Source: Eledone cirrhosa
Lineage: Eukaryota
Reading direction: 5' to 3'
DNA length: 64,000 nucleotides
NCBI GenBank assembly: GCA_964016885.1
Contig: OZ024757.1
Coordinates: forward strand, 18,972,001-19,036,000
The notes beneath the pieces were generated by a model that worked only from the letters and a program-made list of their open reading frames with translations, ran no database searches and had not been told where the DNA came from. This document shows positions 1-12,677 of this stretch, one piece after another (the stretch's first letter is position 1; each line of letters begins with the position of its first letter). The position numbers were made by a program, and so were the translations under genes.

Positions 1-1220
1 CATCACCACCACCACCATCATCACCACCACCACCATCATCATCACCACCATCATCACCACCATCATCACCACCACCACCACCATCACCACCAATACCATC
101 AACACCTCCACCATCACCACCACCACCAATACCATCAACACCTTCACCACCACGATCACCACCACCACCAATACCATCAACACCTCCACCACCACCATCA
201 CCACCACCACCAATACCATCAACACCTCCACCACCATCATCACCACCAATACCATCAACACCACCACCACCATCATCACCACCACCAATACCATCAACAC
301 CACCACTACCATCATCACCACCACCAATACCATCAACACCACCACCACCACCATCACCACCACCACCAATACCATCAACACCTCCACCACCACCATCACC
401 ACCACCACCAATACCATCAACACCTCCACCACCATCATCACCACCACCAATACCATCAACACCTCCACCATCACCACCACCACCAATACCATCAACACCA
501 CCACTACCATCATCACCACCACCAATACCATCAACACCTCCACCACCACCAATACCACCAATACCATCAACACCACCACCACCATCTTCACCACCACCAA
601 TACCACCATCATCACCACCACCAATACCATCAACACCACCACCAATACCACCACCACCTCCACCACCATCACCACCACCACCAATACCATCAACACCACC
701 ACCACCATCTTCACCACCACCACCACCATCTTCACCACCACCAATACCACCATCATCACCACCACCAATACCATCAACACCACCACCAATACCACCACCA
801 CCTCCACCACCATCACCACCACCACCAATACCATCAACACCACCACCACCATCTTCACCACCACCAATACCATCTTCACCACCACCAATACCACCATCAT
901 CACCACCACCAATACCATCAACACCACCACCAATACCATCACCACCTCCACCACCACCACCACCACCAATACCATCACCACCTCCACCACCATCATCACC
1001 ACCACCAATACCACCACCACCACCACCACCATCACCACCACCACCAATACCATCACCACCACCACCAATACCATCACCACCTCCACCACCACCACCAATA
1101 CCATCACCACCTCTACCACCATCACCACCACCAATACCATCAACACCTCCACCACCACCACCAATACCATCACCACCTCCACCACCACCACCACCACCAA
1201 TACCATCACCACCTCCACTA
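1..1220. repeat. Compound (CAC/CAT/AATAC) low-complexity tandem repeat
   Basis: Continuous CACCACCAC/CATCAC/ACCAATACCATCAAC units. Confidence 0.95.
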
Positions 1221-1289
1221 CTATCTATTAGTCACTTCTGGATACCATCAAATAAACCATTCAACTATTGCATACTGCTGACTACTTAT

Positions 1290-1329
1290 TTATACACACA
1301 CACACACATGTATATATATACATACACAC

Positions 1330-1374
<45 letters not shown>

Positions 1375-1625
1375 TGTATATATATATATAAAACTGTATA
1401 TATATATATATAAAACTGTATATATATATGAATATATATGTAAATATATGTATATATACATATTATGCATACATATATATACACATATATAACTGTATAT
1501 ATATATATATATACACATATATATAACTATATAACTATATATATATATATACACATTTATATATATATATAGAGAGAGAGAGAAATACAGTTTTATATAT
1601 ATATATATAAAACTGTATATATGTG

Positions 1626-1682
<57 letters not shown>

Positions 1683-1926
1683 GTACTCAGACTAATAAAC
1701 ATATATTCGTTCCTTTTTCTCTCTCTCTCTCTTTCTCTTCATTCATCCTCTCATTCACTTTTTCTTTCTCTCTCTCTCTCACATATATACACTCTCAAAT
1801 GCATATACATACATATTTACACATATATATATACATACATACTCGTGTATGCATATACACACAGATGCATATACATACACACACATATATATATATACAT
1901 ATATACACACACATATATATATATAT

Positions 1927-1964
<38 letters not shown>

Positions 1965-2166
1965 ACATACTCTCACACACATATATATATATATATATAT
2001 ATACATACATACATACATACTAACACACATATATATATATACATACATACATACTCACACACCCACATATATATATACATACACACACATATATATATAT
2101 ATATACATGCGCAATATATACATACATATATACATACACATATATATATATACATACATACATTCT

Positions 2167-2206
<40 letters not shown>

Positions 2207-2210
2207 CTAC
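1290..2210. repeat. (TA)n/(CA)n/(TG)n microsatellite field
   Basis: Alternating purine-pyrimidine dinucleotide tracts; ORFs here are YI/HT/CV artefacts. Confidence 0.95.
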
Positions 2211-2254
2211 AGACATATTTTTGATACCTCTTGGCCTGTTCCTTTCAACTGACA

Positions 2255-3960
2255 CAACACTGCACCACACCACTACACCACCACACCACTACACCACACA
2301 CTACACCACCACTACACCACACCACTACACCACCACACCACTACACCACACACCACTACACCACACACTACACCACCACTACACCAAACCACTACACCAC
2401 CACTACACCACACACTACCACATCACCACACCACTACACCACCACACCACTACACCACCACACCACTACACCACTAGACCACCACACCACTACACCACCA
2501 CACCACTACACCACACACTACACCACCACTACACCACACCACTACACCACCACACCACTACACCACACACCACTACACCACACTCTACACCACCACTACA
2601 CCAAACCACTACACCACCACTACACCACACACTACCACATCACCACACCACTACACCACCACACCACTACACCACCACACCACTACACCACTACACCACA
2701 CCACTACACCACCACACCACTACACCACACACTACACCACCACTACACCACACCACTACACCACCACACCACTGCACCACACACTACACCACCACTACAC
2801 CAAACCACTACACCACCACTACACCACACACTACCACATCACCACACCACTACACCACCACACCACTACACCACCACACCACTACACCACTAGACCACCA
2901 CACCACTACACCACCACACCACTACACCACCACACCACACACCACCACACCACACACCACTACACCACTACACCACACACCACTACACCACACACCACTA
3001 CACCACCACACCACACACCACTACACCACTACACCACCACACCACCACACCACTACACCACCACACCACCACACCACTACACCACCACACCACTACACCA
3101 CTACACCACCACACCACTACATCACTACACTACCACACCACCACACCACTACACTACACCACCACTACACCACTACACCGCCACACCACCACACACCACC
3201 ACACCACTACACCACACCACCACACCACCACACCACTACACCACTAGACCACCACACCACCACACCACACACCACTACACCACCACACCACACCACTACA
3301 TCACTACACTACCACACCACCACACCACTACACTACACCACCACCACACTACACCACCACCACACCACTACACCACTACACTGCCACACCACCACACACC
3401 ACCACACCACTACACCACACCACTACACCACCACACCACTACCACACCATTACACCACTACACCTCTACACCACCACACCACACACCACCACACCACCAC
3501 ACCACCACACCACTACACCACACCACCACACCACCACACCTCTACACCACACACCACTACACCACCACACCACTACACCACACCACCACCACACCACTAC
3601 ACCACCACACCACTACACCACCACACCACTACACCACTACACCACCACACCACTACACCACACTACCACACCACACACCACTACACCACCACACCACTAC
3701 ACCACACCACCACCACACCACTACACCACTACACCACCACACCACTACACCACACCACCACCACACCACTACACCACTACACCACCAAACCACCACACCA
3801 CTACACCACACCACCACCACACCACTACACCACTACACCACCACACCACTACACCACCACACTACACACCACACCACACCACCCCACCACTACACCACCA
3901 CACCACACCACCACCACACCGCTACACCACCACACCACTACACCACCCCACCACACTGCC
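2255..3960. repeat. CACCACTACAC-type low-complexity tandem repeat
   Basis: Degenerate 8-11 bp units; explains the 814-aa H/T/P ORF. Confidence 0.95.
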
Positions 3961-4162
3961 CCTACCCCAACCATCTCTCTCTCTCTAAGTCCTCACACCA
4001 CCACCACCACCACCACCACCCCCTCACTCCAACCACCTCTCTCTGTGAAATGTATCTGTCTAAGTCCACCTAGAATCCATAAGTCATGGTGGCTACCAAC
4101 ACCACCAAAATGTTTATTATACAAAAGTTACTCAAAGGAATTTTCGGTAGGTCACTTTAGCA

Positions 4163-4590
4163 TTGTTATTGTTGTTGTTGTTGTTGCTGTTGTTGCTGTT
4201 GTTGTTGTTGATGTTATGGTGTTGTTGTTGCTACGGTGGAGGTGGTGTTGTTGTGTTGTTGTTGCTGTTGGTCTTGTTGTTGTGGTGTTATGATGTTGTA
4301 ATTGTGGTGGTGTTGTTATTGATATGGTGGTGGTTGTGTTGTTGTTGTTGTTGTGGAGGTGGTGGTGGTGTTGTTATGGTGGCGGTGGAGGTGGTGGTGG
4401 TGTTGTTGTTGCTGTTGGTTTTATAGTAGAGGTGGTGGTGGTGTTGTTGCTGTTGGTTTTATGGTGGAGGTGGTGTTGTTGTTGCTGTTTGTTTTATGGT
4501 AGAGGTGGTGGTGGTGTTGTTCTTATGTTGGAGGTGTTGTTATGGTGGAGGTGTTGTTGGTGTGATGTTGTTGTGGTGTTGTGGTATAGT
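4163..4590. repeat. (GTT/GGT)n low-complexity tract
   Basis: Direct reading. Confidence 0.9.
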
Positions 4591-4673
4591 TCTTGTGTTA
4601 TTGTATATTATTGTCTTCCATATATAACTTTAGTTCCTTCTTTTTCGTTTTTAGTATATTGTATCCTTATTTT

Positions 4674-4723
<50 letters not shown>

Positions 4724-4869
4724 CAGACACATATGTATATACATATATATATACATATACATGCACACACACACACATATATGTATATATACACACACAC
4801 ATATACATGCACACACACACACATATATATATATACACACACACACATATACATGCACACACATATATG

Positions 4870-4903
<34 letters not shown>

Positions 4904-4909
4904 TACATG

Positions 4910-4950
<41 letters not shown>

Positions 4951-5136
4951 TATATATACACACACATACACACATATATATCTATCTATATACATATACA
5001 TACAACCGTGAACCTAATATAGTTGTGCAAAATTGCCGCCTGTGTTTTGTTTGTTCTTTTTCAACCATATATGTATATATACACACACACATACATACAT
5101 ACATACATGCACATATATGTGTATACCTATATATAT

Positions 5137-5305
5137 CATCATCATCATCATCATCAGGTTTAGCGTCCGTGTTCCACGCTTGCATGGGTTTGGACGGGGG
5201 TTTTCCCATTTGAGGCAAGAGTGGTTGTCTTGCTCGCATAGGACTGTCTGGCGGGTTTTCTAGTTGGATGTCCTTCCTAACACCAACCACATTTACAGTG
5301 TGGGG
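5137..5305 (-). mobile_element. 3' end of RTE-type LINE/SINE with (GAT)n tail
   Basis: (CAT)n then ...ggatgtccttcctaacaccaaccacatttacagtgtgg; near-identical to 10515-10695 and 10890-11060. Confidence 0.7.
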
Positions 5306-5344
<39 letters not shown>

Positions 5345-5384
5345 TACATATGTATATATACACACATGCACATATGTGTATACT

Positions 5385-5416
<32 letters not shown>

Positions 5417-5640
5417 TACATATGTATATATATATATATACACACACACACACATACATACATGCACATATATGTGTATACCTATATAATATATATATAA
5501 TATATTTATATATATATATATATAATATATATATATATGTATGTATATGTATGTATATATATATATATATATATATATAAGTTATAATATAGATGAGATT
5601 CTACAGGACTAGAACTGTTTCATTCATTAGAAATCATCAG

Positions 5641-5691
5641 GGATTCCTGATGATTTCTAATGAATGAAACAGTTCTAGTCCTGTAGAATCT
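5641..5691 (+). ncRNA. Type I hammerhead ribozyme motif in a fold-back repeat (PLE pLTR-like)
   Basis: GGAUUC-CUGAUGA-u(UUC uaau GAA)u-GAA-ACAG-uucuaguc-CUGU-A^GAAUCU; stems I and III pair; U.U at the base of stem II. Confidence 0.6.
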
Positions 5692-5774
5692 CATCTATGT
5701 TATAACTGTTATACTCTGCAATGTATTGAGTACCTTACTTACTGTGGTTACCTCCGATTCAACCCGGAATAACG

Positions 5775-5805
<31 letters not shown>

Positions 5806-6049
5806 CACACACAGATAAAAATATATACATGCACATATATGTGTATACCTATATATATATATATACACACACATACATATGTATATATACACACACACAT
5901 ACATATGTATATATACACACACACACAGTCAATTGAGATATATATATCTATGATTCCACGACATGTTTCGTGTCAACCCATTAGTAAATTATTGTTATAC
6001 ATACATACATTCATATATATATATATATATATATACATACATTCATATG

Positions 6050-6095
<46 letters not shown>

Positions 6096-6097
6096 CA

Positions 6098-6137
<40 letters not shown>

Positions 6138-6206
6138 CATATATATATACATATATAAATATATATATATACATATATATATATACATACATACATTCAT
6201 ATATAT

Positions 6207-6245
<39 letters not shown>

Positions 6246-6309
6246 CATATATATACATATATAAATATATATATACATACATTCATATATATATATATAT
6301 ATATATACT

Positions 6310-6407
<98 letters not shown>

Positions 6408-6504
6408 GAAATATATATACATATAGAAATATATATATATATATAGATATATATATACATGTATAAATATATATATATACATACATACATTCATATATAT
6501 ATAC

Positions 6505-6535
<31 letters not shown>

Positions 6536-6536
6536 C

Positions 6537-6567
<31 letters not shown>

Positions 6568-6719
6568 CATACATATATATATATATATATATATCAGGTA
6601 GAATGTATGTCATCATCATCATCATCATCATCACTGTTTAATGTCCATTTTCCATGTTAGCATGGGTTATATGGGTCATCTATGTCATGGGACAAATCTG
6701 GCCAGATTGGCTGCAGCAT

Positions 6720-7320
6720 ACCTTACATGAATTGAGAGAGAGACAGAGCATAAGAGAAATCAAATGTTGTGTGCAGGAGAGGCGGTTGCGCTGGTATGGA
6801 CATGTGATGCGTATGAAGGATGACAGCTGCATAAAAAGGTGCAGAGCACTAGAAGTCGATGGAAACCGCGGAGTGGGGAGACCCAAGAAGACCTGGGATG
6901 AGTTGATAAAAGCCAACCTTACCCAATTACACCTCTCAAAGGCAATGACACATGACCGTGACTTCTGGCGTCACGCAGTAATACAGAGTACCCGACCTCC
7001 CATGGGTACAAGCTGAAGCATATAGACAATATGCCCCCACACCCTCCCACTGTAAAGTGGTCGTGGAGGAGCCACGGCAAAAAAGCACCCAGCCCACACT
7101 GTAAAGTGGACATGTAGGCGCTACAGTAAAAAAGCACCCAGCACTCACTGTAAATGAGGTTGGTGTTAGGAAGGGCATCCAGCTGTAGAAATCAAGCCAA
7201 ATCAGTTCCTGTATGAGCAAGGCATGGTCAGCCGACCAGACACTGCCCACAACAGGACAACCTGTCTAACCCATGCTAGCGTGGAAGAACGGACGTAAAA
7301 CGGTGATGATGATGATGATA
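6720..7320 (+). mobile_element. 5'-truncated RTE-clade LINE (ORF C-terminus, 3' UTR, (GAT)n tail)
   Basis: ERRLRWYGHVMRM...GRPKKTW is the typical RTE RT C-terminal motif; tail at ~7303-7320. Confidence 0.85.
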
Positions 7321-7366
7321 TTAAAATACAAATATTAATAAAATAGATGTTCTTTTGATCAATTAA

Positions 7367-7419
7367 ATTTTATTATACATATTTCAGAGGTACAACAGTA
7401 CGTCCTCATCAGACAAAAT
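7367..7419 (-). ncRNA. Type I hammerhead ribozyme motif (left arm of inverted repeat)
   Basis: Reverse complement: AUUUUGU-CUGAUGA-GGACGUAC uguu GUACCUCU-GAAA-UAUGUA-UA^AUAAAAU. Confidence 0.65.
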
Positions 7420-7505
7420 ATAATGATACATGACATACCCTGAGATGTTAAATGGTTTAGATTTAATCAAAGTTTAACATCTCAGGGTATGTCATGTATC
7501 ATTAT

Positions 7506-7558
7506 ATTTTGTCTGATGAGGACGTACTGTTGTAGCTCTGAAATATTTATAATAAAAT
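7506..7558 (+). ncRNA. Type I hammerhead ribozyme motif (right arm of inverted repeat)
   Basis: AUUUUGU-CUGAUGA-stem II-GAAA-UAUUUA-UA^AUAAAAU. Confidence 0.6.
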
Positions 7559-7587
7559 TTAATTGATCACAAGAACATATATTTTAT

Positions 7588-7780
7588 TAATTGTTTCTAC
7601 TATTGGCATAAGGCCAGCAATAACCCAGTACATTACTGGTACTTTATTTTATCGACCCCGTAAGGATGAAAGGCAAAGTTAACCTCGGCGGGATTTGAAC
7701 TCAGAATGGCAAGGGCCGTAACTCTATGCGTCAAAGCATGGCGTCCGCCCCTCTACCGATACTGCCAATCCACCGCCATC
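7588..7780 (-). mobile_element. tRNA-derived SINE family B (Nin/Deu-like central domain, AAT tail)
   Basis: Reverse complement has A-box-like TGGCAGTATCGG, B-box GAGTTCAAATCC and body TTTGCCTTTCATCCTTACGGGGTCGATAAAATAAAGTACCAG; more than 12 copies in the window. Confidence 0.8.
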
Positions 7781-7901
7781 TATTTTATTAATATTTGTAT
7801 TTTAATATTAATAACTCTGGAAAATAATTATTGTAGAGTGCTTCCAAACTACTGTAAAACTTATTCTTTGATATACTCATTGAATCTTGTTTAACTCTTT
7901 A

Positions 7902-7957
<56 letters not shown>

Positions 7958-8157
7958 AATTCAAAAATATATTACACTCACATTCATACAGCAATATTGG
8001 TTATACATAATTGTTTCTACTATTGGCACAAGGCCAGCAATTACCCATGCATTACTGGTACTTTATTTAATCGACCCCGTAAGGATGAAAGGCAAAGTCT
8101 ACCTCGGCGGAATTTGATTATACATAATGATATGTATGTATGTATGTATGTATGTAT

Positions 8158-8761
8158 GGTCACCAGTTGGTGCTACTGGTAACATGTATCCCAGTACAAC
8201 CTGTCTCATGGTTGGGTCGTAGGCGACTAAACTGGCAACCCTACCAAGGTTTCTTGGTGAGGAGGGTGACTTTGGACATCCTGCAGGACTAAAAACAAAA
8301 CCTATCAAAGGGCAAAGGAGCTCTTCAGAGTCAATGGCCATCCAAAATCGCCGGGAGAGATAACCCCTTAGCCTTTGTCAAGGCAGAATTCTAGGAGAAG
8401 GAAAACTCTGATATAACACCTGCAACCCTGATGGTATCCAATAATGTTGACTTGTTCTTCTTTTTGGTAAATATCATCTTGGTTAAGAGAGTGGGACTGG
8501 CTTTGTGCAGTGCCTTTGCTCACTATAAAAGCTTCACGGCACAGGCATTGCTTTATATCTGGAGATCTCTCTGCATTTGTCGTCACATGGTACCATGGGC
8601 CCAGCACTATGTGTCAATAATTGTCGCAAGTGTATTGTTTGTACCAGAGTTTTCAAGTCGCTGGCTGGACTAAAAAGTCACACTCGTTGAGCGCATCGGT
8701 AGGGGTTCTCCTACATGGATATAAAGTAGTGGCCGTACTCGAAAATGAGTTGGCAGCCACC
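8158..8761 (+). mobile_element. Non-coding ~600-bp retroelement, probably RTE 5'UTR-derived (bipartite), inserted in (TATG)n
   Basis: GC-richer unique block flanked on both sides by (TATG)n; GTCGTAGGCGACTAA and CTAGGAGAAGGAAAACTCTG resemble RTE 5'UTR motifs (from recall, not searched). Confidence 0.4.
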
Positions 8762-8779
8762 ATGTATGTATGTATGTAT

Positions 8780-8997
8780 GTAAAAGGTAAACAGAAATAA
8801 CAACACAATTGGTACAGTATATGGAAGGGATATATTAGGTTAATGGTTGATATAGCAGGAAGGGGGTCTTAACGTTTCGGATGCTAGTCCTTCATCAGAA
8901 GAAAGAATGAGAAATAAGATAGTTTGAGGGGACAGGTGGGTTGGAATTGGAAAAAATGTCTTTAGATAAAAATAACAGGTCCATTCATGTTGACATC
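8780..8997 (-). mobile_element. Penelope-like element pLTR fragment carrying a hammerhead (8867-8902)
   Basis: Reverse complement of 60925-61145 and 43840-44060; UCUU-CUGAUGA-A-GGA cuagca UCC-GAAAC-GUU^AAGA. Confidence 0.65.
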
Positions 8998-9738
8998 TCT
9001 ACCTATTTGCTATGCATATATATATATATGTACACACATATATATATATATATATATAGAATTCACAAGAATCAAAGCTATGTTCAAAGCATTTATTCCC
9101 TTACAATTGTTTCATCCAAACCTAGGCTTGGAGTCTTCGGAGCATTTTCCAATGCTTGTACATATAATTGACCTCCTATCCAACGTAAGAGACATACAGA
9201 TACATATATATATATATTGATGTACAGTGGAGTGACATATATTATACTATACTATTTTTGTACAGCAATTCAAATTCAAAATCAAAATTAAAATCAAAAT
9301 TAAAATACATTCGGCAGATAACACAGATAATGCAAGAGGATAGTTCGATAGTCAGATGTAGTAGGTAGTGTATGCGTTAGTTACACATGGAGCATGCAAG
9401 TGTGTCTCATTTATATACGAGTATTGTGTGGCAAGGTGTTACATGTAATGCAAGCACTTTAAGCGGGTAAGCAAGAGTATTATGGTGGTTGTAGTGGTAG
9501 GGTATTTTTTGTATAAATCAAAAAAGAATGTGTGCAGAAAAAGAAAAAGAAAAAGAAAAAGAAAAAGAAAAAGAAAGTTATAGTTTTCGCATTCACCACC
9601 ATTTTCACATTCAGAAAAGCTATTTATCTTACTGGTAATAAGGTGGTAATAAATTACTGACCTTTCCTGTTTATAGTTTAAAATATACATAACTATAAAA
9701 AGTTTAAAATATACATAACTATAAATAGTATCCTTAAT

Positions 9739-9788
<50 letters not shown>

Positions 9789-9977
9789 TTAAAAAATAAT
9801 GAATAAAACAATGAATTGGACACTACCGTAAACTCTTGGTAGATTTATCTACATATATATATATATATATAAAGAATAAAGTTAATATGTCTAAGGGTAC
9901 AAGGTACCCCCATAAATACATAGGTTGTCTATGATTCAAGGTGGTTCTATGGTAATAATTTGATATACCAGAACTTA

Positions 9978-10089
9978 ATATCAAGATAAGCAGAACAAGT
10001 AAAATTCAACCAATTTTTCAAAATAAATCAAAGGTAATAATTTGATTTATTTTGAAAAATTGGTTGAATTTTACTTGTTCTGCTTATCT

Positions 10090-10095
<6 letters not shown>
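9978..10095. repeat. Perfect 55-bp inverted repeat with 8-nt loop
   Basis: atatcaag...aatcaaa / ggtaataa / tttgatt...cttgatat. Confidence 0.9.
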
Positions 10096-10134
<39 letters not shown>

Positions 10135-10207
10135 CATATAACTGTATATATATAAATATAAATATATATATATAACTGTATATATATATATATATATATA
10201 TAAATAA

Positions 10208-10257
<50 letters not shown>

Positions 10258-10346
10258 CTGTATATATATATATATAGTGGTAGAACACTGGACGGTAACA
10301 TCCGTAGTGGTAGAGCACTCAGTCTCAGTCCATGGGACGAGATAGG

Positions 10347-10509
10347 TAGAAGTGGTTACACAGCAGTTAGTTCACCATACCGAGAACAATTGTTTCACCT
10401 TAGCGGATCCCCAGCTCGTAATGGACATAGTTATACGGAACATGAGGATCCGCTAAGGTGAAACAATTGTTCTCGGTATGGTGAACTAACTGCTGTGTAA
10501 CCACTTCTA
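10347..10509. repeat. 64-bp inverted repeat with hammerhead-like cores in both arms
   Basis: Arms 10347-10410 and 10446-10509; minus strand CGAG-CUGGGGA-uCC gcuaa GGu-GAAACAAUUGUU^CUCG. Confidence 0.8.
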
Positions 10510-10889
10510 TATATATCATCATCATCATCATCATCATCATCAACGTTTAACGTCCGTGTTCCACGTTTGCATGGGTTTGGACGGGGGTAGTCCCACTTGA
10601 GGCAAGAGTGATTGTCTTGCTCGCATAGGACTGTCTGGCGGGTTTTCTACAGCTGGATGCCCTTCCTAACACCAACCACATTTACAGTGTGGGTCATATA
10701 TATATATAAACAAATAAAGTGTGATAAGATACCAGGTGGACCATAATGCACCAGAGTACTCAATACTTAGGGTAGTAGAGTGGGTAGTAGGAAAAAAGTC
10801 AGGATCTCGATGGCTGAGCTCTGGCTGTTTTCGACAGCTAGGTCCGAGCTCAGCCGTTGGGGTCCTGACTCTTTTCCTACACACACATA

Positions 10890-11345
10890 TATCATCATCA
10901 TCATCAACGTTTAACGTCCGTGTTCCACGCTTGTATGGGTTTGGACGGGGGTAGTCCCACTTGAGGCAAGAGTGATTGTCTTGCTCGCATAGGACTGTCT
11001 GGTGGGTTTTCTACAGCTGGATGCCCTTCCTAACACCAACCACATTTACAGTGTGGGTCTGGGAGGTGTTTACCGTGTTGCCTACACGGCCACATTACAG
11101 CGTGGACTGTGTGTTTTTTTGTCGTGACACCTACACGATCTCATTTGTTTCGGCCTGGATGGTGTGGCACCAACACAACTTTACATAGAACGGGGTGGGG
11201 GTGGTGGGACCTTGGGGGGGGGGGGGTATTTTGTTAGAGATGCCTACTGGCTGTAGTAGGTTTTACTATGTATTTAGGTAAGGCGGGTCTTCTCTGTTAC
11301 TGAGTACCGCCAAAGGTCTCGGTCCAGTGACATTGTCTTGGAGAG
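10890..11345 (-). mobile_element. RTE LINE 3' end (second subfamily)
   Basis: (CAT)n tail; similar to 62790-63130, which adjoins an RTE ORF. Confidence 0.7.
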
Positions 11346-11668
11346 GTATATATATATATATATATATATGAATATACCTGTACATTCCCTCTCTTCATTT
11401 TTCTTACCCCCACCCTCAAAAATTTCTTTCTCTCATCTTACTTCCCTCCACTCTCATTAATACACTCCTTCACTCTTTTATTTCTTATCTTTTCCTTACA
11501 CTATTTCGATGAACGGCTTAACCCAAAATGTCAGTCCATTTTTTTTCTTTCTATTTGCTGTAAATACTTCCACTGGACACATTTTGCCCCTGTTTTTTTT
11601 TGTGATTATAACTTGTTAACCACGTGTCTTCTCCCTTCTCTTTCACTTTTATGTTTACTGTGTTTTAA

Positions 11669-12018
11669 CCCTTTAGCATTTACATTACTCTATATTTATG
11701 ATTGTATTTTCACAGTAAATGCTTTACTTCACATAATTATCTTACATAACATTTACATTACTCTATATATACTATTGTATTTTCACAGTAAAAGCTTTAT
11801 CTCACATAATATCTCACATAACATTTACATTACTCTATATATACTATTGTATTTTCATGGTAAAGCGTTTATCTCACATAATATTGAAGCTACGAGATTT
11901 TGAGGTTATTTATTTTGAGAACAATACCTTAACATCAGTATAAGTGGCTAGTTATGGCTGGTTTGAACAGAAAGAGGTGAGAGAATTCTGGCCGGATATG
12001 GCCGGTTTAAATGCTAAA
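11669..12018. mobile_element. piggyBac-type MITE (TTAA target, CCCTTTAGCATTT terminus)
   Basis: TTAA-CCCTTTAGCATTT at left; AAATGCTAAA at right (terminal GGG lost); same family as 53174-54773. Confidence 0.65.
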
Positions 12019-12258
12019 TTCTTTAAACACTCTTTTTTTTATTGTTATCTCCCTTGTTCTAGTGTCATTTTAACTACTCTCAGGTCTCAAATAATTACCT
12101 TTTCCTCCCTCCCCCACCCACTTATTAATTTTTCAAGGGGGAAACTTTCTAGGTGCAAAACCATGGTCATTCTTGATCGAGTTGGTCTTTTAGTGATATA
12201 TATATATATTTAGTAAGTAAGTTAATTGTTAATTTTTAAAATTTTCTTATTTTACGTC

Positions 12259-12293
<35 letters not shown>

Positions 12294-12297
<4 letters not shown>

Positions 12298-12677
12298 AAA
12301 GGCAATGACACACGACCGTGACCTCTGGCGTCACGCAGTAATACAGAGTACCCGACCTCCCATGGGTACAAGCTGAAGCATATAGACAATATGCCCCCAC
12401 CCACCCCACCACAAGGTGGTCGTGGAGGTGCCACGGCAAAAAAGCACCCAGCCCACACTGTAAAGTGGACGTGTAGGTGCCACGAAAAAGCACCCACCAC
12501 TCACTGTAAATGAGGTTGGTGTTAGGAAGGGCATCCAGCTGTAGAAATCAAGCCAAATCAGTTCCTGTATGAGCAAGGCAAGGCCAGCCGACCAGACACT
12601 GCCCACAACAGGACAACCCGTCTAACCCATGCTAGCGTGGAAGAACGGACATAAAACGGTGATGATGATGATGATGA
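12294..12677 (+). mobile_element. RTE LINE 3' end
   Basis: Near-identical to 6935-7320; (GAT)n tail. Confidence 0.8.

Noticed and set aside
4075-4147. Possible + strand exon (AG...GTAGGT)
   Set aside because: Weak acceptor, ambiguous frame, no recognisable protein
1849-4293. 814-aa His/Thr/Pro-rich ORF
   Set aside because: Entirely low-complexity repeat that lacks stop codons by composition
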